A stretch of DNA of 60,929 bases, filler included, from Gonapodya sp. JEL0774 (taxonomy: Eukaryota), in the NCBI GenBank assembly GCA_027604505.1. It is 6 parts of 6 records of this genome, joined end to end, with 100 filler letters (N's around TTAATTAATTAA, not from the genome) between each part and the next. Parts side by side here need not be neighbours in the genome. Positions count along the whole stretch, not along the records: positions 30,611 to 40,670 come from JADIIX010000394.1; positions 40,771 to 50,819 come from JADIIX010000395.1; positions 50,920 to 60,929 come from JADIIX010000397.1; 3 more parts are not named here. The stretch is one strand, 5' to 3'. The translations under genes and the position numbers were made by a program. The notes beneath the pieces are model-generated. The model was not told where the DNA came from. It searched no databases and saw only the letters and a list, made by a program, of their open reading frames with translations. Shown here piece by piece: positions 40,246 through 51,297 of the stretch (position 1 is the stretch's first letter; every line of letters starts with the position of its first letter).

Positions 40246-40670
40246 CGTGTCTGTTGCTGTTGAGAGGGGTGAAAGATAAGTTTTGGTTTGGAGGAAAGTG
40301 GAAACAGAAACACAAGTTTGGACATCGAATCGTCTGACATCGCCTCGCACCGCCCTTGACTGCTTGGAAGTAATAAATACCTTGATTGCTTCCTCCGTTG
40401 GATTTTGCCATCCGGTTTGCGTCAGCCGCGGTTTCTTCACCACCAAAGCGCGTTGATATGCGGGATTGACTTTCCTGATGAAGTTTGGGCCCAATGGATG
40501 AACTGGATCAACCACGTCCCTGGTGCCCCACTGATCTCTCAGGGCAACGACCTCGTCATCGCCGCTGCCAGCCAATCAAACAGATTTCCTTGGACTCTCA
40601 TTGTAAACTGTGCAAGCAAGGAATTCATTTATTGGCGTCTCAAATGCGATATATCGATTTATTGCTTTGA

Positions 40671-40770
40671 NNNNNNNNNNNNNNNNNNNNNNNNNNNNNN
40701 NNNNNNNNNNNNNNTTAATTAATTAANNNNNNNNNNNNNNNNNNNNNNNNNNNNNNNNNNNNNNNNNNNN
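40671..40770. other. Artificial contig linker
   Basis: N44-TTAATTAATTAA-N44. Confidence 0.99.
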
Positions 40771-41259
40771 GACCTCCCTGCGTCTTCTGCGTACCCCCTG
40801 CTCACTTTCTTTGGAGTCGGTGTCGAGTCGCAGATCGTTTCAGAGTACAACTCGTTCGAGGCGGCGGGTGCTACCACTGCAGACTGGGGTGCCCACTCCA
40901 TAAGGTGCGTATGAGGGCAGCAGTCCTTGGAGCGGGCCCGTATGGACACTCATTGACCGTATCGTACTACCCATTATAGCATCCAAGGCGGAACCCAATT
41001 CTTCGACAGCGGTTCCCAATTCTCCACCGACGGCACCACCGTCGTCGCCGGGATAACCCTCAACCAACTCGCGCAGACGGCGTGGCAAGCAGCCAACAAG
41101 ACGGGGAGCATCTCGATCGTCAACTGGATCCCATCGACGTCGGGTTATTCGTACACCGTCGGTGGGAAGACGTTTTCGGCCGTGAAGAGTGCGGTTGTGG
41201 CAGGTGCGGGGGTGGGGAAACTGTCTGTCGCTTACACAGGTGCGACGGGGACTTTGTGA
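40771..41259 (+). CDS. Pectate lyase (PL1), C-terminal part, 5' truncated; absent from the ORF track
   Basis: Two exons: ...TFFGVGVESQIVSEYNSFE...|...VNWIPSTSGYSYT...AVKSAVVAGAGVGKL...TL*. These match the PL1 GVGxESxIxAExNxF motif and the WxP.YSY...V...AGxGKL tail. Confidence 0.72.
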
Positions 41260-41376
41260 GTCGATCGTGCTCCCGAGGTACTGTTGTACAGAAGACATAA
41301 ATATATTACAGTAAGCTGTCGAACAGCGCACTACTGCATGTGGATGTCAAGACCGAATATATATTGTGGTAGGAAA

Positions 41377-42587
41377 CTACTCCTCCAAGTCCTCCACAAA
41401 TGTATTCAGTGACGTTATTTCCCCCTTCATCGCCTTTGCAATAATTTCGCCGTACGTCATAGCTTTCCCACTGAACACCTCCACTGACCGTGCACGCCGC
41501 TTGTAAAAGCACCCGGGCACGATCGCACTGGATTCACGTGGGGGTAGGACATGAGGTTCCTGGGTGTGGGTGTCGAGCAGGTTGGTGGATGTGTGGAGGA
41601 CGAGCCAGACTGGAGTGTCGGCACCGGCGTCCGGAAGGAGTTGGGATGGTCGTTGCGGGCCGTACTTTGCAGTCTGGAATCATACAGAGCCCAGCACATC
41701 AGGGAGGCAAATGAAGCGACCGATATTGAATCGGATCATCACTCACTTGGTCGGTGTAGACGGCTCCGGGGCAACAAGATACCACCACCACACCTCTCTT
41801 ATCATCCCGCTTCGCCTCCTCCCTCGCCAAAACCCTCGCGAAACAGTGCACGCCCATCTTGGCCGTACAATACACGTGCCGGTAATACCCTTCTGCCTCC
41901 GGCTCTGGTTTGGTCGAGTCTCCCTGGTGTTCGGCGAGCACCTCCACAAACCGATACATGAGTGCATCAATGTCCTCAGCCTTTGTGTCGTCTGCCAGAA
42001 ATTTTTCTCGCAAGGACGGGGACACCATGGACAGTCGACCGATCATGGACCCCACGATGACAACACGGGCACGTTCACGCAGGTGGTCCCACAGACCACT
42101 CGCGACGTCTCGCACACCCCAGTAGTTCGTTCCCATGACTTCCGCCACGATGTGGGGTCGAAGATCCGCATCCGGGTACGACACACCAGCGTTCAAAACC
42201 AGAGCGTCGATGCATCGTTCGCCGTGGGATGCCACGAGGTCTTTGGCGAGCTGGTCGATATGTGAGTGTTCTGTCACATCGAGAACATGGTATCGGATCT
42301 CCACTGCATTCGCTGATTCGCCTAGGGTTTCCATCTCGGTTCGGATCAACGATGCAGCTGCTTCACCCCGCTCCTGGTCCCGAGAGGTGAGATAGACGAT
42401 CAATGGACGTGGAGGCTGGTTCCAGCTTGATGCCGAGTACTCCCGACATAGTCGACGCACGATCGATAGGCCTATGCCTTTGTTTCTAGAGAGTGAAGGG
42501 GATTGGAACTACGGGTGAAAGCCAGTCTTGGATTCGTTTGGCGGACACGACTTACGCTCCAGTGACGACAGCGATCCGTGGATCCAT
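41377..42587 (-). CDS. Carbonyl reductase CBR1-like SDR
   Basis: MDPRIAVVTGA|NKGIGLSIVRRL, VYLTSRDQERG, LDVT, LVLNAGV, TNYWG, YCTAK, SCCPGAVYTD, GADTPVWL. Confidence 0.92.
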
Positions 42588-43967
42588 ACTGTTATCGAAT
42601 TTTTTCGCCAAAATTGAAAGTTTGAAACACTGTAATCGAATCGCGGGTCCCCAGTTTTTAGTACAGTTGGCGAGTGAATGAGGTTTATTGTAACCTCACC
42701 GGTCGTACGTCCCCCACGAACGAGCATGATGATGTCCACATAGCCAGTAGAGCGGTCCAAGCTAACTCATGTAGCTGGCTTCCGTCCCCGATTGTAGGGT
42801 GGGAACAGCGACATAGTATTGCTGGCGATATCGATATCGATCCACTTGTCACAGGGCAGCGTACATAATACGCGCATCACTCGTTGCTTATAGATTGACA
42901 GGAAATACTGCTTGTTCCACTACAGCTGTGTCTTCTAAATTCTGGATTTACCCGTTGCATCAAAAGAAATCCAAAGGACCCATCTGTGACCAACGAATGC
43001 CTAATGAGCGGCAACAAAACCGAAGAGCCCAAGCTTCCACCCACAACTAAAACTTGGACAGCAGCATGACCACAAGGCAAAGGAAGGCCATTCCCCTAGT
43101 GGGAACAGTGGGGGTGGTAAGTGGGCGCGCACGTTTCTGTGGCCGTGTGGGGCAGGCCAAGTCAGATTCGCTGCGGGTCGTCGTTGCCGTCGACACTACC
43201 CGGAGGGGTTGTCGTCCGGTAGTCCGCCCACAGCGTGCAACGGCTTTTACAAGCCCGGTTACGTCGCCTCATCTGGACCCAGCCGACTGGACGGCGGATA
43301 CGCAGGAGTCAGGACGAGGTGCCTGGCGAGCGGCGTCCACGTCGCGCACCTTGGACACATCGCTGCGGTGGTTTGCACTGTAGTGACGGCTAAAGGCTCC
43401 CCAATAGATGTATCTAGAGGGGATAGATACTGGCTTACTCGCCAGTATGGGTAGACTTTGACCCAAAAATTAAAGAAGACCAGTTCAATCACATAAGAAA
43501 GCATGTTCATGTATCAGCAGACATTGAGCCTAAATCCATACCATTTTCATCTTCAATAACAGTCGACCAACAAAGAGATGACCACCAAACATATGAGAGA
43601 GAGCGTATCTGCAAAAAGAGGCATTACCTTTACAACAAATAAACATCTGCTGCTTGGACCTTGTTGGTGAGTTAGAACCCCTTTCTCTTTAGGATGCATC
43701 TTCTTGTGTGCGGAAAACGTTGATGGTTGCAGCACAGCCAAAAAACTCGTCACGAAACTTTCGATTGACACTTCCCATGGAATGCCTGATCCGGCGTGGG
43801 CCCGAGATACGGGAAACTTTGTGGCATTCCTCGAGATGATGGTGGGGACACTGACGGGTGAATGACGATGCCGGGATCTCGGTCAAAAGGAGTCATCGGA
43901 GAATCGAATCCGACAATGCCACCGAACCATTCATTTTCTTCCGTCTTGCTTACATGTGCTCAACCCG

Positions 43968-44647
43968 CTAACACTCCTCCAGCTCTTCCTCTCCGTCGTC
44001 GTCCACCTCTATCACTGCATCAGTGACTATCTGACTATCTCTCGCAAACGTTTCCAAGAGCATGGGAGTACACTTACTGGATGATTGTTTCGGGAAAGGA
44101 TTGCACCTCTCAGAGGATTTCGGTGAGCGTGGTGAGTAGCTTCAGGGAAGATGGTACGCAGCTTTGAGTGCCCGAAAGCGGAAGGCAATTCTTGTCGTGC
44201 CATTATGCACTCTCTAGCCAGCTCCTTTTCACCATAGTATCGGAGACTTAGTGCTCTTAACATTTTTCGGGATCCTCTCTTCTGTGCAACAGAAGCTTCC
44301 GCCCCCGTGGTTCCCAGTCTTGCTGTGGCTGCATCACTCCAAGGCTCAAAGAACAGGTCAGGATAGAGTGGAGCGATGGGAGCGACGCGCGGAAGGCTGT
44401 GGACTGCCAGCAAGGTCGGGAGAACGTTGATGGTGTGCTGAACCTCGCGGGTTGGTGGCCTCCCTCCATTACCTTCATGTAGACGATAGTATTTTCGTGT
44501 TAGAGGATGCAAAGGTGAGTTCAAGCGTTGGGGTGATGGCCCTGGACAGGGGTTGCAATTGCATGTCTGTTGCAAATTCATATTTTTTTGCAAAGAAACG
44601 GCTTGGCGAGTCCCGAGGTGCGGAGTGGGCGAGCCCAATGGATGCAA
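43968..44647 (-). CDS. Hypothetical ORF downstream of the transposase, possibly a second gene of the element
   Basis: 206-aa ORF plus a short acidic terminal segment (EVDDDGEEELEEC*). No family recognised. Confidence 0.25.
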
Positions 44648-45684
44648 AAAATACTGTGACGCGATTGCTCATTTTTGAGGGCGTCAATTACTTCTTGTGC
44701 GTTATTAGTATACATTTCATGCAGTTTCTGAAGACTTGGAATAGATGGAACGGAACTTGATTAATGACGAGTTATTACAATAATTGTCATCATTCTGACA
44801 ACAATACCATAACTTTCTCCCAATAATATCGGTCGTGTCCTCTATTTAACCTTCGCGTTGTTCGTTGTTGTCCACTCTCCCTTGTTGCTCACTTTTCCAT
44901 TCCCGCCCCTCTCACCACAGCCAACAGCCCCTCCCCTGCACCACTGTGAATCTACCACAGCGTCGGCACCAGGCCGGGTCCGAGTGCAGGTGTTGGGGGC
45001 ACCGAGTGGGCGAGTGGGTGACGAGAGCTGCGTGGTTTGGTGGTATGAGATAAGATGGCAATTGGCAGGTGATGGTGACATATGTGGGTGAGTGAGATGC
45101 CACCTCCACCATAACCGCCCCTGGCACCGTTCCCACCATCCCCACCGTCACCGGTCCCTTGATCTTCTCGGACGTTGACCATCCCTTGTTCCAACATAGC
45201 AGGGAAGCGTGCCGTTCCATCATGGTGTCGATGGTGGAGGCGGTGGAGACGGGGGTGGATGCCCGTGGTAGAGGGGTGGTAGGTATCCAAGTCAGAGCTG
45301 GGATCAGATCTGTCTGAGGAACCGCGGTGGAACTGGTGTCAGTCCATCCACTCCCCATCGCGCCACCACCACGTCCTCCACTCCTCGCAACCAAACCATA
45401 CGAGCCTCCCATCCTCGCAACACCACCACACGCCACCGCCAACTCTGCGGGCAACGCAATGCCGATTTAGACTGCTCGGGATCCCAAGGAGTTTGGCGAG
45501 GAGGCATGCATAAGTGGCGGATGTCAAAGTTGGTATGTGACCTTAAGGTCCCACAGCAGGACTTGCAGAAGCACCTGCACCTGCACGAAAACTGTGAGAG
45601 AGGTGGTGTGCGATGGAGAAGGAGGGGTATTGGGACGGAGAGTGAGCTGTGCACCTACAAGGGAAGGTCGGGGAGGTCGGAGTT

Positions 45685-45787
45685 GCAGGGTGCTTGAGGG
45701 ATGATGAACGAGAAGCTGGAAAGGAGGAGCGGCAAGAAGTATAGAAAATGTCAAAGTTGCGGGGTGCTTGAGGGATGATGAACGACA
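45685..45787. repeat. Direct repeat of about 27 bp (two copies) just past the transposase stop
   Basis: tgc(a/g)gggtgcttgagggatgatgaacga at about 45685 and about 45758. Confidence 0.75.
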
Positions 45788-45880
45788 AGGTGGAAGTGAG
45801 GAGCGGTGAGAATTAATCCAATTCAGTTTTGTGATGCAAAACCAATAAGACTAGCTTCATTTTTCCACTCTGGTCTCACC

Positions 45881-47300
45881 TCATCCAACACGCTGCAGTG
45901 TGTATCTTCGCACAATTTGGCGAACCTGCCGGTACGCCACCATCCCAAACTCTTCGTCAAGCTCAATACCGTTCCCAAAAAGGCCGATGACAACAGCTTC
46001 CTCTTCGTCTGTGAGTAGCTTGTTTGGAGGCTCGATTTGGCGATGGGGTTGGTTGAAAACTGGAAGGTCATCAGAGTCAATGCCGAAGTACGCCGGTGCC
46101 CGCTGGTAAAGGTCATCATCAGCGTGTACGTTGACCTACGAGTACCAAAATTGATTTATTTGGGTCCCTGTAAATGGTGTGTGCAAGGGGAAAGACAGAA
46201 AACACCATGGTCAAGCACTTACTTCGCTTCCAAGCCAGCGAAACTCAGCCATCAACTCCCTTGGGGTCCGGTGGTTTGTGGTACGCATACTGTGGTTGTT
46301 CCACGCAGTCACAAACTCTGCCAGCGCCCTGTTTATTACAGGTAAGTACACCAGATGCAACGCGCACACATCAACTTCGTTGTACGGGTCCAACTCGCCC
46401 AGTGACTCCAGCCACTGAAACACGGAGATAAAAAGCGCAACCACCAAACGGTTACTATCTCTCCATAGCCTCTCAATGCGTTGGTTGTGTGTGGAAGTGC
46501 CACGAATGAAGCTCCCACGGTCAGGTCCACGCAGTTCCGTCATGAGCCTGGCAACATCATTGTTCTCACCACCATAGTCACCACGGACACGACTTGGAAC
46601 GCCACATTCACGCAGTCCCTGAGATAACGAAATCGTCCACTGTTTGGTGATTTTTTTTTGGGGGGGGGGGGGTACAGTCAATACATTGTAACACTTTGGA
46701 ACTCACCTGTCGAAAAATACAAAGCACTGTGGACGCTCGGTTATTAGTGGCCGCCTCAAGGTAAACAATGTACCGAGAATAACCATCAATGCAGCCGTGA
46801 ATGACAAATCCATAGGCGTTCAACTGCAGAAGAGTTGAGAAACACCAGTGCGTATTAATTTGTTAGTGCACACTGCTGTGGCCGACATGAGCAGCATTGA
46901 CTCACTTTATGGTTTCCATCCGTATGCCAAAGTGCATTTGGGCCTGACACGTGATAGCGACGACGTGCTATGGTGTAGTGGCTTCGACCTTCGACACCTT
47001 CAGAATCCACTCGACGCAGCGAGCGCCTAATTCTGTGGATAGAGACTTTCAACCGAAAACGGCCGTAGAGGAGACCTATTTGGAGAAGAAAAACGTTCCG
47101 AAGTTTGGTCCGGAGCGGTGGAGTCGGGGCCGAGGTGTAGGCGGAGGCAGGAGTAGGTGGCACAGGTGTTGTTGATCTGTCCTCCAGCTCCAGCTCCAGA
47201 CCCCCAGACCTTTCCAACCTGGTCCGTGCCATGTCTACCGCGGCATCGACCTCCACACTTCTCTCCCCATCACTCGGCCTCGAATTATGATGCATTTTCG
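45881..47300 (-). mobile_element. Eukaryotic IS3/IS481-related (IS3EU-like) DDE transposase with spliceosomal introns; 5' end uncertain
   Basis: RIRRSLRRVD...RRRYHVSGPNALWHTDGNHK|L...FVIHGCIDGYSR...NNRASTVL..F|..[14 protein letters not shown]...[15 protein letters not shown]...WNNH...|...FGIDSDD...GMVAY*. The D-D-E triad is intact. Confidence 0.88.
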
Positions 47301-48774
47301 CCCCAAACCCGATTGCCATGGCCACCGACATGCGGTTCAAAGGGGAAACACCCTTCCCACGGTCATGGTACTCGCTTGGACCATGCTGAGTCTCTTGATG
47401 TGGTTCTGCATGCAGGGACGCGGTCCGTCTCTGCACCGACTGCACCTGTTCGGGTCCCCGTCAAGGTTGCCCCGGAGTGGACGCCGCACCACATCTCGTA
47501 CAGTGACCGTCGTGGGTCGGAGTCTGCAAACGGGAGGGGGGGGGGGGGGGGGGCCCAACCCGAAACACAACTGTCCAACAAGGCACAAAAGGCCNNNNNN
47601 NNNNCTCGCGCCGGGGGGCGGGCGGCCGCGTGGGCGCCCCCCCCCCCCCCCCCCCCCCTCGCCGGCGGCGGGCCGCGCGCGGGCGGGCCCGGGCCCGGGG
47701 GGGGGGGCCCCCCCCCCCCCCCCCACCACAGCGATCCACAACTGTCCACCAAGGCACAAACTGCGACCGAACAGCCCTTTCAAACCGTCGTCAACCTCCT
47801 CCCCGTTATATCCGTACATGATCGCGAGCAGCTCTCTCACTTACCTCATGGTATTAATCGAACGCAACGATCGCCTCTGTTTGATTGCCATCCACCATCA
47901 CACTTTCCTTCCCGAACCACTCAGCGCCTTCCTGGTGCTTCCACGGGTTTGCTCGCCCCTACTTGCAGTTTCAGATGGAATAATCAACCACTGAAGCCGA
48001 GCGCGCATCAACGTGGGAACGGAGTGATTAGAATTCACGATCTGCAGGGGGGACCAGCCGGATCATCGGCCGATCTTCAATCCGAAACGTTTTGATTATG
48101 AAAACGATAAGTGCTTGTAAGAAAAACTCCTCCTTTCTCGATGTCATTTTGTGTCAAATGAAAAATGAAAATGATGATTGTGTTGTCTCTCTTGTGGTGG
48201 TGGTGTAGATGTTCCTTTGCTGTTGTGTTGCCTCTATTGTGTGGTTCCTGCACTCTTTATGGGGTTGACATTCAATATTCTTTACATGATACCTCTTTAA
48301 TGTGTATGTTTGCTTCTCTTGTGTGATGGTACAGGTGTTGTATAATTTTTGGGTCAAAATTTTCCCATACGCCAGCTGAATACACATATACATTGCTGTC
48401 CATCTGCTCAATCATGCCCCCGTTCAATCGTTGAACCTCACATGACAGAGCTCTCTTGCTACATTACACAATGCCTTTAATGATAGCACGGACTCACCCA
48501 TGAGCTGCGCCTCTGGGCCCAGTCGTGTCTCCCTGATCGACCAGCAATATGATTTTTTACTTTCCTTTGGATGATTCTCCGTTTGTTCCCGTCCTTTCTT
48601 TCCTCGTCGTGTTAGTTCTGTATACAAGAATGCCATGATCCCGCCTCTGTGACAAAATTACAAGATTGTGCACATTACATAGATGCCCACGCTTCCTCGA
48701 TCGGCGACACAATGCAACCATCGCCATCCCTAGTGTCACCAACAGAACATACCACCGCGATGCATCCGCCCTCT

Positions 48775-50819
48775 TCACACCGGCCTACCCAGCAAATTGA
48801 ACAACATCTCCCCGTTCATCATCAGCGTGTCCCGAACCGGTCCGTTCGACGCACCCGCACCTTGTCCCACCATGGGACTCGACAAGCTAGAGAGTTGGGC
48901 CGCTCGTGATAATCCGGGAGGTCCTCCGGCTCCGGGAGTTACGGGATGCTGACCACGTCCGTTAATCGCCCCCGTCATGGTGCCAAGGGAGTGCTCTTCT
49001 CCGGGTTCAACATGGACACCGTTCTCGGACGCGTTCATGATATGACGGGCGGCTGGCTCGCTGCCTAACGGTGCGGTCGAATGGAAACTCTCGCTGGAGG
49101 TTCGGCCGGTCGAGTGGTGCGACGGCGAAGCAGATGTCATTGGTGTTTTCAGGAGATGGGGACAGTACCTGAACGATCGACGTGGATATCAGCGAGGAAG
49201 AGTAGTAAACATATCATGAATTAACCGTGAGTAAAAGCCCTTCGGCCACAACATCGAAGCCGAGACCGACTCACGTCTGAATCACCTTCAACAACGCGTC
49301 CCTGTTGAACGGTTTCGGCAAGATATCCGTCATCCCCGACGTGATGTAGGTGATACAGTCGTGCTCGGTGGTGTTGGACGTCATGGAGATGATGGGCGTG
49401 GTCGTGTCGAACTGGCGGATCTGCGTGGTAGCGGTGACTCCGTCCACGTGGGGCATGACTAGATGTACGTACGATACACACATAAAACAAAGAAAGTTCA
49501 CCGATCAGCTCTGTCAGACAAAGAATGTGGCGGATCACAGGTCTCCCTCACCGATATCCATGAGTATAATATCGTACTTCCGTCCCAGATTGATAAACTC
49601 GAGGGCCTCCGACCCGTCGCTGGCCAGATCGAACGTGCATCCGAACAGCTGGAGCAGCCGCGCAGACAGCATGCGGCACACCGCGTCGTCGTCGACGAGG
49701 AGGACGCGGGGGGCCATGAACCTTGACACGTACATCGTGGGACGTACGTGGTAGCGGTAGTCAGAAGGATTGTTTGAGCGTCACGCAACACCAGGGAAGT
49801 CCCCAACTGCACACTCACCAAGGCGCTTCGAACTTCTTTGCTCCTCCCACCACCTTCCCCTGCCCCGCGGTCCCACCACCGTTGCCCGTGTTCCCGGCCC
49901 CAGGTTCCGTGGACACGGCGTCCGCCACCGGAAACGTCCCACCCGGTGTATCCCCCGCGTGGTGACCCAACCCGGCGGCCACGGGAGGTCGGGCCAGTTC
50001 CACCGACTGCATCTGACCCCCGGACCCGTACCACAGACCACTCGGCCCGACGGTCGCTCCGCTCGAAATCACGGGCGACGGGCCGTCGTGGTGGTGCTGC
50101 GGCGTGCCGGGTCCGCCTGTACCGTGTGTCAAAAACTTGTGCGAAGGTCCGTTCGAACGCTGCCTCATACCGTCCGAATCCCCCGGCGCGTGGTCGGTAC
50201 CAGTTGAACCCGCTGGCTCCCCGCGCCCACCGTGTGTCTGGATGTGCCCGCCGTACGAGTTCCCGTTCGCGTTGGAATTCGAACTCGCGCTCGCCATGAC
50301 CGCCTTCCCGAACGATCCTGCGTTCCCCAACCCACCTTCCTGTACCCCGCCGCCCAGTGTCCGCACTACGTCGGGGGCGGAACCGTGCAGCGGTTGCATG
50401 GGGAACGCGGTTTGTGGTATGCTCTCCAAACTCATGCCCATACCCGTATTGCCCAGCCCCATCCTGGGCACTTGTGGCAACCTTGATCTCGCATCACCAC
50501 TGTTGACGACCCCACCTGCATGGACAGATCTGACTGGTGGTGCTCCCGCTTCTGAGACGGGCAGCATGGGTTGGCCAAGAAACGGTGTGGACGTGGGGTC
50601 ATGCGCGTGTGCAGGTCCCCTATTCTGGTGGTGGATCGAGTCTCCGTTCATACTCACGTGGGGCAGGTGTCCCACTTGAATCCCAGATCTTCCGTCGAGG
50701 CTCAGATGAGCCCGCTCTTCGGCCATGGCTGGGCGCATGAGCGGGGCCGGCGACACGGTCCTGGCGGGTGGATCCACCATCCTGTACACCTGAGCCTCAC
50801 CCTGCTGGCCTGGTCTTCC
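48775..50819 (-). CDS. Skn7/Prr1-like response regulator, receiver-containing part, 5' truncated
   Basis: APW|FMAPRVLLVDDDAVCR...GCTFDLASDG...YDIILMDI|VMPHVDGVTATTQIRQFDTTTPIISMTSN...GMTDILPKPF...|RYCPHL. The phospho-acceptor Asp is retained; the HSF domain is not in the window. Confidence 0.88.
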
Positions 50820-50919
50820 NNNNNNNNNNNNNNNNNNNNNNNNNNNNNNNNNNNNNNNNNNNNTTAATTAATTAANNNNNNNNNNNNNNNNNNNNNNNNN
50901 NNNNNNNNNNNNNNNNNNN
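50820..50919. other. Artificial contig linker
   Basis: N44-TTAATTAATTAA-N44. Confidence 0.99.
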
Positions 50920-51297
50920 TGTTGTGGATTCGACGGCGACGACGTGCTCCAGCAGCGTGACGGCCTTGCCCACCTGCCCGTTGGCCTGGTACGCCCAAGC
51001 GAGTTCGTGCTGCGAGGCGAGGCGGGACGGGTGGTCCTCGGCCAATGTTGTGGATTGGACGGCGACGACGTGCTCCAGCAGCGTGACGGCCTTGCCCACC
51101 TGCCCGTTGGCCTGGTACGCCTGAGCGAGTGTGTGCTGCGAGACGAGGCAGTCCGGGTGGTCCTCGGCCAGAACCCGCTCACTGACGGCGACGACGTGCT
51201 CCAGCAGCGTGACGGCCTTGCCCACCTGCCCGTTGTCCTGGTACGCGGAAGCGAGTTCGTGCTGCGAGGCGAGGCGGGACGGGTGGTCCTCGGCCAG
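50920..51297 (-). repeat. Three near-identical 126-bp (42-aa) TPR-coding tandem repeats, cut by the contig end
   Basis: Units 51297-51172, 51171-51046 and 51045-50920: LAEDHPxxLxSQHxLAxAYQxNGQVGKAVTLLEHVVAVxxxx. Confidence 0.95.

Noticed and set aside
40840..41331. 163-aa minus-strand ORF
   Set aside because: The plus strand gives a spliced, motif-bearing pectate lyase tail, so this is its shadow.
47524..47770. G/C homopolymer block with Pro/Gly-rich ORFs, possible G-quadruplex
   Set aside because: It surrounds a 10-N gap, and the same flank (cacaactgtcca.caaggcacaaa) appears twice. This looks like low-quality read ends.
43000..48200. Terminal inverted repeats or TSD for the IS3-like element
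   Set aside because: No convincing inverted pair found by eye, so element boundaries are left undefined.
10119..50919. Recurrent TTAATTAATTAA palindrome in N runs, and any gene clustering across them
   Set aside because: Artificial linkers between size-sorted contigs, so neighbours across them are not linked.
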